A stretch of 64,000 nt of DNA from an uncultured Flavobacteriaceae bacterium (GCA_938010765.1 CALLVX010000028.1:394-64393), one strand, 5' to 3'. Shown: positions 1 to 10,243, counted from the stretch's first letter. Notes: a model not told the origin generated them from the sequence alone. Made by a program: numbers and translations.

Positions 1-1
1 A

Positions 2-418
2 AATACAAAAGGTCCTGTAGCATCTATCTACTATCAAGGTTTGGACAGAGCTGGCGAAAGTATAGAGTCTGCTGAAAAAGCGGTCGTTTCATACGGTGGT
101 GTTCAAATGGGACAACTAGAGAAAAACGTTTCTTGGTTGTCGCTGTTTATCGCTATTGCACCGATGCTCGGGTTTATGGGAACTGTAATCGGTATGATTC
201 AAGCCTTCCAGAAAATTGCGGCTGTTGGTAACTTGAGTGCCTCCCTTATTGCAGGTGATATACAGGTGGCATTATTGACGACTGTATTCGGTCTGATTAC
301 TGCGATTATCCTTCAGATTTTCTACAACTATATTATTGCTAAAATTGATAGCATTGTAAACGATATGGAAGATTCTTCTATCTCGTTGATCGATATGTTG
401 GTAGACCACAAAAAATAA
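2..418 (+). CDS. exbB: MotA/TolQ/ExbB proton channel protein (5'-truncated by window edge)
   Basis: Frame open from position 2 (NTKGPVASIYYQGLDRAG...); APMLGFMGTVIGMI and IQVALLTTVFGL ExbB motifs. Confidence 0.93.
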   Translation, partial: NTKGPVASIYYQGLDRAGESIESAEKAVVSYGGVQMGQLEKNVSWLSLFIAIAPMLGFMGTVIGMIQAFQKIAAVGNLSASLIAGDIQVALLTTVFGLITAIILQIFYNYIIAKIDSIVNDMEDSSISLIDMLVDHKK

Positions 419-445
419 GTCGCACACCCTATAAACAAATAAACG

Positions 446-886
446 ATGAATAAAATTGTAAAAATAGCTTTGATAGCGATAGGGTTGATAGGCGCTGTAC
501 TTTGGTTTATGTTACCTTCCAGAGCAGAATCTGAGGCCGACCCGGTCGGTGCAGCTCAAAACGGGGCAATGGGCGCAATGTTCATAATCACGTATCTGTT
601 GCTTGCCGTGGCAATTATCTTTAGCCTTGGTTTTGCACTTAAGAACATGTTTTCCAATCCCCAGGGATTAAAGAAAACCCTATTCGCCGTAGGTGGTTTT
701 ATCTTGGTGGCCGTTATTTCATACGTAATGTCAAGCGGTGATGATGTAGGAGAGTCCTTTAAGGCAATGTCGAGCGAAGGCACCATCAAAAACATTGGGA
801 TGGGCTTGAATGTTTTCTTTATTCTCGCAGTCGTTGCTGTTGCACTGATGGTCGTACCATCTGTTAAGAAAATTTTTGGTAAATAA
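446..886 (+). CDS. Conserved 4-TM membrane protein of the Bacteroidota exbB-exbD operon
   Basis: Four hydrophobic segments; lies between exbB and exbD. Confidence 0.8.
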   Translation: MNKIVKIALIAIGLIGAVLWFMLPSRAESEADPVGAAQNGAMGAMFIITYLLLAVAIIFSLGFALKNMFSNPQGLKKTLFAVGGFILVAVISYVMSSGDDVGESFKAMSSEGTIKNIGMGLNVFFILAVVAVALMVVPSVKKIFGK

Positions 887-897
887 AAACGTAAATT

Positions 898-1515
898 ATG
901 CCTAGAAGAGCAGGAGCACCAGAAGTGAACGCAGGGTCTATGGCCGATATAGCATTTTTATTGCTAATCTTTTTCTTGGTGACTACCACCATTGAAACAG
1001 ATGCCGGTCTTGATCGTATGCTTCCTCCCATTGAACCGCCTGAGACCGATGTGGTTATCAAGGAGAAAAACATCTTCCAAGTGAACATTAATAAGAATGG
1101 TCAGTTGTTAGCAGATGGGGAGTTAATTGAATTAAAAGACTTGAGAACCAAAGCAATGGCTTTCTTGGAAAATAATGGAGATGGTTCTTGTAACTATTGC
1201 CAATCAGGTAAGAAAGACCCCTCATCTTCAGATAATCCAACAAAAGCGATTATTTCGTTGAAGAACGATCGGGAGACCAAGTATGGTACCTACATAACGG
1301 TTCAGAATGAACTGGTAGGTGCTTATAACGACTTGCGTGATCGGGAATCGGAACGATTGTATAAGCGACCGTTTACCGCTATGGAGTCAGAATATATTAA
1401 ACAAGAAACTCCGGCAAGTGTAAAGGAAGAATTGAAAGAGAAGATCACCAAGATACAGGAGATGTTCCCTCAAAAATTATCCGAAGCAGAGACCTCGTCT
1501 TCAGGAGGAAGTTAA
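898..1515 (+). CDS. exbD: ExbD/TolR family biopolymer transporter (long form)
   Basis: SMADIAFLLLIFFLVTT TM motif with conserved Asp. Confidence 0.92.
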   Translation: MPRRAGAPEVNAGSMADIAFLLLIFFLVTTTIETDAGLDRMLPPIEPPETDVVIKEKNIFQVNINKNGQLLADGELIELKDLRTKAMAFLENNGDGSCNYCQSGKKDPSSSDNPTKAIISLKNDRETKYGTYITVQNELVGAYNDLRDRESERLYKRPFTAMESEYIKQETPASVKEELKEKITKIQEMFPQKLSEAETSSSGGS

Positions 1516-1536
1516 TAAGAGTCTAAAATTGTAACT

Positions 1537-2019
1537 ATGTCAAAATTTGCAAAGAAAAAAAGTGGTGAGTTGCCAGCGGTATCGACCGCTTCCTTACCAG
1601 ATATTGTTTTTATGCTCTTATTCTTCTTTATGACAGTAACCGTTATGAAAAATAGCGATGTCAAAGTAGAGAATGTTCTGCCGAACGCAAGTGAAATCAA
1701 AAAGCTTGAGAAGAAAGATAGGGTAATCACAATATATGTGGGAGCACCCACCAGAGAGTTTCAAAAGGTGTTTGGTACAGAATCGAAAATACAGTTGAAT
1801 GACAAGTTCGCCGATGCAAGCGATGTTGGAGACTATATATTGATGGAACGCGCCAAAAAACCGCAAGAATTACAAAATGTACTTACTACTTCCCTAAAGG
1901 TCGATAAGAATGCCAATATGGGATTGATAGCAGATATCAAGCAGGAATTACGAAAAGTAAATGCACTCAAGGTTAATTATACAACCTATGAAGGCGACGC
2001 TTTCAATAACCTGAAGTAA
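1537..2019 (+). CDS. exbD: ExbD/TolR family biopolymer transporter (short form)
   Basis: SLPDIVFMLLFFFM motif; C-terminal LKVDK..MG. Confidence 0.92.
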   Translation: MSKFAKKKSGELPAVSTASLPDIVFMLLFFFMTVTVMKNSDVKVENVLPNASEIKKLEKKDRVITIYVGAPTREFQKVFGTESKIQLNDKFADASDVGDYILMERAKKPQELQNVLTTSLKVDKNANMGLIADIKQELRKVNALKVNYTTYEGDAFNNLK

Positions 2020-2051
2020 GTAAGCTTTATTTTCAAACTTAGTTAATAAGG

Positions 2052-2083
2052 AACGCTCCAAAAATTGTTTTGGAGCGTTTTTT
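2052..2083 (+). terminator. Rho-independent terminator after exb operon
   Basis: AACGCTCCAAAA / TTTTGGAGCGTT stem followed by T-run. Confidence 0.85.
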
Positions 2084-2103
2084 ATTTGTTTAACTTTAAG
2101 GGT

Positions 2104-2823
2104 ATGAAGTACGCACCCGTATGGCTTTTGTTTTTTTTTGCTTGGACTGGTAGCGCTCAGAGCACCAGCGATTCGATTCCTATGGATAATCGATATTTGG
2201 AAGATCAGTTTTATATAGGCATTACCTATAACTTCTTATTGGATCAGCCCGATAATGTGAGTCAAAGAAACCTGTCTTATGGTTTACAGGCCGGGTTTGT
2301 AAAAGATATTCCTTTGAATGAGGGGAGAACTAGGGCGCTTGGCATAGGCGTCGGTTATGGTATTTATTCCTATTATTCAAATTTGTTCGCCCAAGAAAGC
2401 TCAGATGCTATTAACTATAGTATCGTAGAGTCGGGAGAGTTTAAAAGAAACAAGCTGGAAAATCATATGATCGAACTGCCTATAGAATTTCGTTGGCGTA
2501 ATTCTACGGCTACTGAATATAAGTTTTGGCGGGTGTACGGAGGGATAAAATTGAGCTATCTACTTGGGGCGAGATCAAAATTTCTTTCGGATGCCGAGAT
2601 CGATTCAGATGGCTTGGTAACAACTGTTGCCAGGCGTATCACTTTTTCAAATACCAATGTTTCCAAGTTCCAATACGGGCTTACTATAAACCTAGGCTAC
2701 AATACCTTTAATGTACATGCCTATTACGCATTGAATAATTTGTTCGATGATGGTGTACAGGTCAACGGGCAAGACATTACCATGACGCCTTTGCGGCTCG
2801 GCTTTATCTTCTATATCCTATAA
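2104..2823 (+). CDS. PorT-family / outer-membrane beta-barrel protein
   Basis: Signal peptide from ATG 2104; YLEDQFYIGITYN, ELPIEFRWR; aromatic-rich C-terminal strand. Confidence 0.75.
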   Translation: MKYAPVWLLFFFAWTGSAQSTSDSIPMDNRYLEDQFYIGITYNFLLDQPDNVSQRNLSYGLQAGFVKDIPLNEGRTRALGIGVGYGIYSYYSNLFAQESSDAINYSIVESGEFKRNKLENHMIELPIEFRWRNSTATEYKFWRVYGGIKLSYLLGARSKFLSDAEIDSDGLVTTVARRITFSNTNVSKFQYGLTINLGYNTFNVHAYYALNNLFDDGVQVNGQDITMTPLRLGFIFYIL

Positions 2824-2861
2824 GACCCGATACTTCGAAAAAAGTGCGGTGGTAAACAACT

Positions 2862-2876
2862 TGGCACGAATTTTGT
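2862..2876 (+). promoter_or_regulatory. Putative sigma54 (-24/-12) promoter
   Basis: TGGCACG-AATT-TTGT, one mismatch to TGGCACG-N4-TTGC. Confidence 0.65.
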
Positions 2877-3037
2877 TAATTATTTTAACAAGAAATTCCT
2901 GCATTCGAGAGTTTTTAATACCCCTCCCATAAATCGCTGCTTCGGCAGCACGTTTTTACGTTTTAACATCCCAAGTCGAAATTTTTGACTTTTCCTGTGC
3001 TAGGAAAAACCAATTGTATAACGTTCAAATTTTAATT

Positions 3038-3652
3038 ATGGGAAGAAGAACAAAAGTACCTTCTGTAAATGCCGGTTCAATGGCCGACATTGCGTTTTTA
3101 TTATTAATTTTTTTCTTGGTAACTACAACCATTGAAACCGATGCCGGTTTGGATCGTATGTTGCCGAGAAAGACCAACGAACCGATCACGATCGATTACC
3201 AACGAAAGAATATTCTGCAGTTGGTTTTGGACAAAGAGGGTGGCCTTATGGTCAATGAAGAATTGATAGACCTGAAAGACTTGCGGGAAAAAGTGAGTCA
3301 GTTTGTAGATAACGGGGGAGCTCTCCGCCAAGATGAAAATTACTGTGCGTATTGCAAAGGGAATGCCGACCCCACCTCCTCTGATAATCCAAAAAAAGCA
3401 GTTGTGGGGATCAATACGCATCGAGAAACTTCGTACGGAACTTATATTATCATCCAAAACGAGTTGGTGGCAGCTTACAACCAACTTCGCAATAGAGAGG
3501 CTGAAAGACTCTATGAAACAACGTATACGGATATGGAGGAAACTTACCAAAAACCTGGGACCAGCGCTGCACAGAAGAAGGAGCTAAAGAATAAAATCAA
3601 ACATTTACAGCTGCTTTATCCATTAAATATTTTAGAACCACAACAAATTTGA
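3038..3652 (+). CDS. exbD: ExbD/TolR family protein, paralog of 898..1515
   Basis: VNAGSMADIAFLLLIFFLVTTTIETDAGLDRMLP identical to first copy; ATG 3038. Confidence 0.9.
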   Translation: MGRRTKVPSVNAGSMADIAFLLLIFFLVTTTIETDAGLDRMLPRKTNEPITIDYQRKNILQLVLDKEGGLMVNEELIDLKDLREKVSQFVDNGGALRQDENYCAYCKGNADPTSSDNPKKAVVGINTHRETSYGTYIIIQNELVAAYNQLRNREAERLYETTYTDMEETYQKPGTSAAQKKELKNKIKHLQLLYPLNILEPQQI

Positions 3653-3664
3653 ATAAGAATCAAT

Positions 3665-4144
3665 ATGTCAAAATTTAGAAAAAAAGTTACCGAACAACCA
3701 GAGGTGTCAACCGCTTCTTTGCCTGATATCGTATTTATGTTACTTTTCTTTTTTATGACGGTCACCGTAATGAAAGATACCGCCCTAAAGGTCGAGAATG
3801 AGTTGCCAAATGCCTCAGAAGTCAAGAAGTTGGAAAAGAAAGATCGTATTATTACGATTTATGTAGGCGGTCCCAATCAGCAGTACAGAGAATTGTTAGG
3901 GGAAACGGCGCGGATTCAACTAGAAGATAAGTTTGCAGATGTTTCGGAAGTGGGGCCTTATGTATTGGGGCGTTTGGCCGAAATGCCAGAGGCACTCAGA
4001 CCTTTCGTCACTATATCGCTAAAAGTAGACAAACGTGCGAATATGGGGCTTGTAATAGATATTAAAGAGGTGTTAAGAGATGTGGGGGTTTTTAAAATCA
4101 ACTATACGACCTATGAGGGAGATGCCTTTATGAACGTACCATAG
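3665..4144 (+). CDS. exbD: ExbD/TolR family protein, paralog of 1537..2019
   Basis: VSTASLPDIVFMLLFFFMTVTVMK identical to first copy. Confidence 0.9.
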   Translation: MSKFRKKVTEQPEVSTASLPDIVFMLLFFFMTVTVMKDTALKVENELPNASEVKKLEKKDRIITIYVGGPNQQYRELLGETARIQLEDKFADVSEVGPYVLGRLAEMPEALRPFVTISLKVDKRANMGLVIDIKEVLRDVGVFKINYTTYEGDAFMNVP

Positions 4145-4154
4145 TTGTCATTTA

Positions 4155-4760
4155 CTACAGCCAAAAACGAACTGTCAGTAATTGGGAGATAATTCCGATC
4201 AGAAACCCCATGCCTACTTCTGCTTTATTGTGTGCGCCCATATACAAACGAGCACTGGCGACAAGTCCTGTAGCCAACATAAAAAGGGACAGCGCAAGGG
4301 TAACATTAATTTCGAAATGAACGCTTAGGCAAACCAAATACATAAAGATACTGGCCATGCCTGCAACATGCAAGCTGGCCTTAAAGTTAAAAAAAAGTAA
4401 AACCAACGAAGCGAACGCCGCGCCAACAAGGCCTACAAAAAAGTAATAAAGTTCAATAGTGTAATTATTCGGAATTACCTTGTAGAGTACCATTAGTAGT
4501 AGCAATATGATAATGTACAATGGATAGCGCCGTTCTTTGGCGCTTGGGGTAAAAACCGATTGAACAATTCCTAAATTAGTTAAAATAAGATACGAAATAA
4601 TAGGAATAATGACGGTCAGGATAAAAATGGGTAAAATATTACCACTTTGAACCTCCAAAGGACTGTACTTTGGTGTAAGGACAAAGTAGACCAAGGTTCC
4701 GACTATAGGAATAAAAAGGGGATGAAAAAGATAAGAAATCGTTCGTAGAAACAGTTTCAT
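4155..4760 (-). CDS. Conserved multi-pass membrane protein (PAP2-like), coupled to rpoN
   Basis: About 6-7 TM segments; KASLH and SARL..AH motifs; start overlaps rpoN stop. Confidence 0.7.
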   Translation of the reverse strand: MKLFLRTISYLFHPLFIPIVGTLVYFVLTPKYSPLEVQSGNILPIFILTVIIPIISYLILTNLGIVQSVFTPSAKERRYPLYIIILLLLMVLYKVIPNNYTIELYYFFVGLVGAAFASLVLLFFNFKASLHVAGMASIFMYLVCLSVHFEINVTLALSLFMLATGLVASARLYMGAHNKAEVGMGFLIGIISQLLTVRFWL

Positions 4761-6217
4761 TATATCTGTTTTCTAAGTCGGGCTACGGGGATACTTAGTT
4801 GCTCTCGGTATTTAGCTACTGTTCTTCTTGCAATAGGATAGCCTTTTTCCTTTAAAATTGCCGCAAGCCGATCGTCGGTCAGGGGTTTTTTCTTTTCCTC
4901 GTCGGCGATAACCGTTTCTAGTATTTTCTTGATTTCCTTGGTAGAAACATCCTCGCCCTGTTCGTTTTTCATTGATTCGGAGAAATATTCCTTGATCAAT
5001 TTAGTACCGTAGGGCGTGTCTACGTATTTGCTATTGGCCACTCGGGAAACGGTAGAAACATCCATCTCTATTTCGTCAGCAATATCTTTTAGGATCATGG
5101 GGCGCAAATTGCGTTCGTCTCCTGTCAAAAAGTACTCCTCTTGGTAGTGCATGATAGAGTTCATAGTAATGAACAAAGTCTGTTGTCGTTGACGTATGGC
5201 ATCGATAAACCATTTGGCCGCGTCTAATTTTTGTTTAATGAACATGACCGCATCTTTCTGGGTCTTCGATTTTTCTTTCGAATCTTTGTATCCCTTCAGC
5301 ATATTATTGTATTCCCTGGATACATGAAGTTCAGGGGCATTTCTTCCATTTAGTGAAAGCTCGAGCTCCCCTTCAACAATGCGAATCGAAAAATCAGGTA
5401 CCACATGTTCGATCATTTTGTTGTTCCCGGCGTATGATCCTCCCGGTTTTGGGTTTAATTTTTCGATTTCGGAAATAGCATCTTTTAGTTCTTCCTCGGT
5501 AATATCGTATTTCTGTAGCAGCTTTTTGTAGTGTTTCTTAGTGAATTGCTCAAAAGATTTTTCTAGAATAGTCTGCGCCATCGCAATACTCGGGGTCGCT
5601 TCTTTTCGTTTAAGCTGTATGTTCAAACATTCTTCAAGCGAACGTGCGCCAACTCCCGGAGGGTCTAGTTCCTGCACTATTTTCAACACCTTTAAAATAG
5701 ATTCCTTCTCTGTATAAATGTTCTGGGTAAAGGCAAGATCGTCTAAAATGTCGGTTATGGGTCTTCTGATGTATCCGCTTTCGTCAACACTGCCAACAAG
5801 AAATTCGGCAATACTCCATTCCTCATCACTTAGATAAACGGTATTTAACTGGTTGATCAAATACTGGTTGAACGAAATACCTGCGGCATAGGGAACACTT
5901 TTTTCATCATCATCGGCACTGTAATTATTGGCCTTGGTACGGTACTCGGGAATTTCATCATCACTCAGGTAATCGTCTATATTAATATCTTCTGCAGTAA
6001 TATTCTCTGCATCGGATGGTTCCTCATAGTCATCCCCAAAATCATCCGCCAATGCATCGCTTTCTTCCTTTCCCGTTTCCAGGGCCGGATTTTCTTCTAG
6101 CTCTTGTTTCAACCGTTGCTCAAATGCCTGGGTGGGCAATTGTATGAGCTTCATCAGCTGAATTTGCTGTGGAGAAAGCTTTTGGGATAATTTAAACTGT
6201 AAATGTTGTTTTAACAT
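4760..6217 (-). CDS. rpoN: RNA polymerase sigma-54 factor
   Basis: Q/L-rich region I; RpoN box ARRTVAKYRE. Confidence 0.98.
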   Translation of the reverse strand: MLKQHLQFKLSQKLSPQQIQLMKLIQLPTQAFEQRLKQELEENPALETGKEESDALADDFGDDYEEPSDAENITAEDINIDDYLSDDEIPEYRTKANNYSADDDEKSVPYAAGISFNQYLINQLNTVYLSDEEWSIAEFLVGSVDESGYIRRPITDILDDLAFTQNIYTEKESILKVLKIVQELDPPGVGARSLEECLNIQLKRKEATPSIAMAQTILEKSFEQFTKKHYKKLLQKYDITEEELKDAISEIEKLNPKPGGSYAGNNKMIEHVVPDFSIRIVEGELELSLNGRNAPELHVSREYNNMLKGYKDSKEKSKTQKDAVMFIKQKLDAAKWFIDAIRQRQQTLFITMNSIMHYQEEYFLTGDERNLRPMILKDIADEIEMDVSTVSRVANSKYVDTPYGTKLIKEYFSESMKNEQGEDVSTKEIKKILETVIADEEKKKPLTDDRLAAILKEKGYPIARRTVAKYREQLSIPVARLRKQI

Positions 6218-6257
6218 TGGGGTTGTTTACCTGCTTTATAAAATTACAGAATTCGAT

Positions 6258-7700
6258 TTAGAATTCGGCATTTTGTGGTGTTCTTGGAAAAGGAATTACA
6301 TCCCTTATATTACCCATCCCTGTAGCGAACAGCACAAGCCTTTCAAAGCCTAGTCCAAAACCGCTGTGTACCGCAGTTCCGAATTTGCGAAGGTCTAGGT
6401 ACCACCAAAGTTCTTCTTCGGGGATATTCAAGGCCGCCATTTTGCTTTTCAATACGTCTAAACGCTCCTCACGCTGCGACCCGCCTACGATTTCCCCGAT
6501 GCCGGGGAATAGGATGTCCATGGCGCGAACGGTTTTTCCATCTTCATTTAAACGCATATAAAATGCCTTTATTTTGGCAGGGTAGTCAAATAAGATTACC
6601 GGGCACTTAAAGTGTTTCTCGACCAAGAAACGCTCGTGTTCACTTTGTAAATCGGCGCCCCACTCATTAATGGGGTACTTGAATTTTTTCTTCTTGTTGG
6701 GTTTGCTGTTTCTAAGAATATCGATTGCCTCGGTATAGGTCACTCTTTTAAAACTGTTATCCGCAACAAAACGCAGTTTTTCTATTAATGGCATTTCGCT
6801 CCGTTCGGCCTGGGGCTTTTGCTTTTCTTCGTCTAGCAACCTTTTTTGAAGAAATTCAAGATCCTCCATGCAGTTGTCTAGTATGTAAACAATAACACTT
6901 TTGATAAAGTTTTCGGCCAGGTCCATATTGGCAGGTAAGTCATAAAAAGCCATTTCGGGCTCGATCATCCAAAATTCCGCCAAGTGGCGAGAAGTATTTG
7001 AGTTTTCGGCACGAAAAGTAGGACCAAAGGTATATACTTTACCCAAGCCCATGGCATAGGCTTCTGCTTCTAACTGCCCCGATACGGTAAGGTTGGTTTC
7101 TTTTCCAAAAAAGTCTTGTTTGTAATCTACTTTTCCATCATCGGTCAAAGGAGGGTTCTTTGCATCTAAGGTGGTAACCCGAAACATTTCCCCAGCACCT
7201 TCCGCATCGGATCCCGTTACAATGGGCGCATGAAAATAATAAAAACCATTTTGATTAAAATACTGGTGTATGGCAAAAGAAAGGGCCGAGCGTACCCGCA
7301 TGATAGCTCCAAAGGTATTGGTGCGTACCCGAAGATGTGCCTGCGATCGTAGAAATTCTAATGAGTGTTTCTTAGGGGATAGCACGGTTAACTTCACCTC
7401 CTCCGAATTTGCCGTTCCATGTACAAAAATAGCGGTCACTTGTATTTCTGCATTTTGCCCGCTACCTTCGCTTTCTACAAGTACGCCTTTGACCTGTAAA
7501 GCGGCACCTACGGTAATTTGCTTTAGAAGATCTTCTGAGGTATTTTCAGCATCGACCACACACTGTATATTTTTTAGGGTAGACCCGTCGTTCAGATTAA
7601 TGAAACGATCGTTTCTAAAACTTCGTACCCATCCGTTTACGACCACTTCTTGCGATGAAGGGGCGGTAGTAAGTATTTTTTTTATACTGGTTGACTGCAT
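6258..7700 (-). CDS. asnS: Asparagine--tRNA ligase
   Basis: FRAENSNTSRHLAEFWMIEPE, HSGFGLGFERL; ATG 7700 fits upstream promoter. Confidence 0.97.
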   Translation of the reverse strand: MQSTSIKKILTTAPSSQEVVVNGWVRSFRNDRFINLNDGSTLKNIQCVVDAENTSEDLLKQITVGAALQVKGVLVESEGSGQNAEIQVTAIFVHGTANSEEVKLTVLSPKKHSLEFLRSQAHLRVRTNTFGAIMRVRSALSFAIHQYFNQNGFYYFHAPIVTGSDAEGAGEMFRVTTLDAKNPPLTDDGKVDYKQDFFGKETNLTVSGQLEAEAYAMGLGKVYTFGPTFRAENSNTSRHLAEFWMIEPEMAFYDLPANMDLAENFIKSVIVYILDNCMEDLEFLQKRLLDEEKQKPQAERSEMPLIEKLRFVADNSFKRVTYTEAIDILRNSKPNKKKKFKYPINEWGADLQSEHERFLVEKHFKCPVILFDYPAKIKAFYMRLNEDGKTVRAMDILFPGIGEIVGGSQREERLDVLKSKMAALNIPEEELWWYLDLRKFGTAVHSGFGLGFERLVLFATGMGNIRDVIPFPRTPQNAEF

Positions 7701-7725
7701 GATAAATGGCTTCAAATTTAAAGGG

Positions 7726-7733
7726 CAAAGATA
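7726..7733 (-). promoter_or_regulatory. Bacteroidota housekeeping -7 element for asnS-rpoN
   Basis: TATCTTTG on minus strand (TAnnTTTG consensus). Confidence 0.65.
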
Positions 7734-7776
7734 GGTTTTTACCCCTATTTTTGTTTTGTATATGAGATAATTTAGG

Positions 7777-10176
7777 CTATTGCTCCTCCTTGGGATTAAT
7801 TTCCTCTTTTGGAAGAATATTGATTTGCGGTTTTTTAAGCGTTTCTTTATTGGCGATGTTTCGTTCCAAGGATAAGAGCAGGGAAGGAAGCAAAATTAAG
7901 TTGGCCAGCATCGCGAACATGAGCGTAGCCGATACCAAGGCCCCTAATGCGACGGTGCCACCGAAATTGGATATGATAAATACAGAAAATCCAAAAAACA
8001 ACACGATCGAAGTGTAGAACATACTAACACCGGTCTCCCGCAAGGCGGCGTACACAGATATTTTGATACGCCATTTATTGGCTATCAATTCTTGTCGGTA
8101 CTTTGCCAAAAAATGTATGGTATCGTCTACAGAGATACCAAAAGCGATACTAAAGACCAAAATAGTGGAGGGTTTAATAGGAACGCCCACAAAACCCATT
8201 ACCCCAGCAGTAATAACCAGCGGGAGCAGGTTCGGAATCAACGAGATGATAATCATTCGGAACGAGCGAAATAGATAGGCCATAAAAAGAGCGATCAATC
8301 CGATGGCCAAGGCCAAGGAGAGCACTAGGTTCTTTACCAAATATTTGGTGCCTTTAAGAAAGATAAGGGCCCCTCCGGTCATATACACATTGTAACGATC
8401 GGCCGGGAAAATCTTGGCAATGTTATCATTGAGCTCGGCTTCAATGGCCTCCATACGATCCGTTTCTACATCGCGCATAAAGGTGGTCATTCGGGCCGAT
8501 TGCCCAGTGCTATCTACAAAAGAGCTAAGCATGTCGCCATTTTCCGATGATTTTCTGGCAACATCCATGATAAAGGTATTTTCTTGGGAAGTCGGTAGTT
8601 GATAGTATTTTGGTATCCCGTTATAAAACGCCTGTTTGGAGTACTTTACCAAGTTGACCACCGAGACCGATTTTGATAATTCCGGAATTTCCTCGATTAC
8701 GGTACCGAGACGATCCATTCTTTTTAGATTGGCCGCTTTTAAAACGCCTTTGGGCTTTTTGGTGTCGACAACGATCTCAACAGGCATTATCCCGTCGAAT
8801 TCTTCCTCAAAAAAGCGGATATCTTGAAAGAACTCGGCATTTTTAGGCATGTCTTCAATGATACTCCCCGAGATTTTTATTTGATAAATTCCGATGATGC
8901 TACCGATCAATAATATCAACGAGACCACATATACCGTGATGCGTCTTTCCCGAACAATACGTTCCATCCAGTTTACAAAAGTATCGATCCACCGTTTGTT
9001 CAGATGTTTTAAATGTTTCGTCTTTGGCAGTGGCATAAAACTGTAGACAATCGGGATAATCAACAACGAAAGAATGAAAATGCCAATGATGTTGATAGAG
9101 GCGACGATTCCAAATTCTTTTAAGAGTTTGCTATCGGTAATGATAAAAGTAGCAAAACCGGAGGCCGTGGTAACATTGGTCATTAAGGTAGCATTCCCGA
9201 TTTTACTGATGACCCGTTGTAACGACAAGGCTTGGTTGCCATGTTTTTTTACCTCTTGCTGGTATTTATTGATAAGAAAAATACAGTTTGGTATGCCGAT
9301 AACAATAATCAATGGTGGTATCAAGGCCGTGAGTACGGTTATTTCATATTGCAAGAGACCAAGTATTCCAAAGGCCCACATTACCCCGATAATGACCACA
9401 CACATAGAGATGAACGTAGCGCGAAAACTTCGAAAGAAGAAGAAGAAAATTAAGGAAGTCACACCCAAGGCTGCCAAAATGAATTTCCCGATCTCATCAA
9501 TAATATTTTGGGAATTCATTGTTCGGATATAGGGCATGCCCGATACGCGCACATCCAACCCGGTTTCTTCCTCGAAACCTCGAATTGCCTTATCCAGGTC
9601 TTTAAGAATAAAATCTTTGCGTACCGAAGTGTTCACAATATCCTCGTCCAAGTTAATGACAGTGCGAATCGTACCGCTTTCGGCATTGAATAATAAATTG
9701 TCAAAGAAAGGGAGCTCGTTGAACAAATGATTCTTAATACTATCTACCTCTTGCTTCGTTCGAAGGGTTGATTGAATTAGGGGCCGCAAGACGAATTCTT
9801 GTTTTTCCTGATCTTTTACGAGTTCCTTTAAATTATCGGTAGAAATGACAAAATCTACTTCTGGAAAAGCGATTAATTGTTTACTGAACTTATTCCAGCG
9901 GTTGAAGTTTTCCGGAGTGAAAAGTGCTGAATCACGAACGGCAAAAACCACCGTGTTGCCCTCTTCTCCAAATTGCTTTAAAAACGACTGGTATTCCAAG
10001 TTTACGGGGTGGTCATCGGGGAGTAAGTTGGCTTGGGAGTTAGAAAAGCGCATGTTTTCCCATTGTATTCCCAAAAAAACGGTCATGGCGACTACCAAGA
10101 GTAGAATTAAGATTCTGTTTCTTAGAATAATATTGGCCGTTCGTGTCCAAAATCCGGTTGTAATTTTTCCTGCCAT
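7777..10176 (-). CDS. MMPL/RND family transporter
   Basis: Two repeats of TM + periplasmic domain + 5 TM; GISVDDTIHF. Confidence 0.9.
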   Translation of the reverse strand: MAGKITTGFWTRTANIILRNRILILLLVVAMTVFLGIQWENMRFSNSQANLLPDDHPVNLEYQSFLKQFGEEGNTVVFAVRDSALFTPENFNRWNKFSKQLIAFPEVDFVISTDNLKELVKDQEKQEFVLRPLIQSTLRTKQEVDSIKNHLFNELPFFDNLLFNAESGTIRTVINLDEDIVNTSVRKDFILKDLDKAIRGFEEETGLDVRVSGMPYIRTMNSQNIIDEIGKFILAALGVTSLIFFFFFRSFRATFISMCVVIIGVMWAFGILGLLQYEITVLTALIPPLIIVIGIPNCIFLINKYQQEVKKHGNQALSLQRVISKIGNATLMTNVTTASGFATFIITDSKLLKEFGIVASINIIGIFILSLLIIPIVYSFMPLPKTKHLKHLNKRWIDTFVNWMERIVRERRITVYVVSLILLIGSIIGIYQIKISGSIIEDMPKNAEFFQDIRFFEEEFDGIMPVEIVVDTKKPKGVLKAANLKRMDRLGTVIEEIPELSKSVSVVNLVKYSKQAFYNGIPKYYQLPTSQENTFIMDVARKSSENGDMLSSFVDSTGQSARMTTFMRDVETDRMEAIEAELNDNIAKIFPADRYNVYMTGGALIFLKGTKYLVKNLVLSLALAIGLIALFMAYLFRSFRMIIISLIPNLLPLVITAGVMGFVGVPIKPSTILVFSIAFGISVDDTIHFLAKYRQELIANKWRIKISVYAALRETGVSMFYTSIVLFFGFSVFIISNFGGTVALGALVSATLMFAMLANLILLPSLLLSLERNIANKETLKKPQINILPKEEINPKEEQ

Positions 10177-10235
10177 GCTCGTCTGACCCGCTCCTGTTGA
10201 AAGGCGTGGTCTTTCTTTTTATATTAGAAACCCGG

Positions 10236-10243
10236 CAAAGGTA
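10236..10243 (-). promoter_or_regulatory. -7 promoter element for MMPL gene
   Basis: TACCTTTG on minus strand. Confidence 0.6.

Noticed and set aside
10177-10210. GC-rich patch just upstream of the MMPL start resembling the inner unit of the 125-bp element
   Set aside because: Match limited to GTCTGA...GGCG; too short to support.
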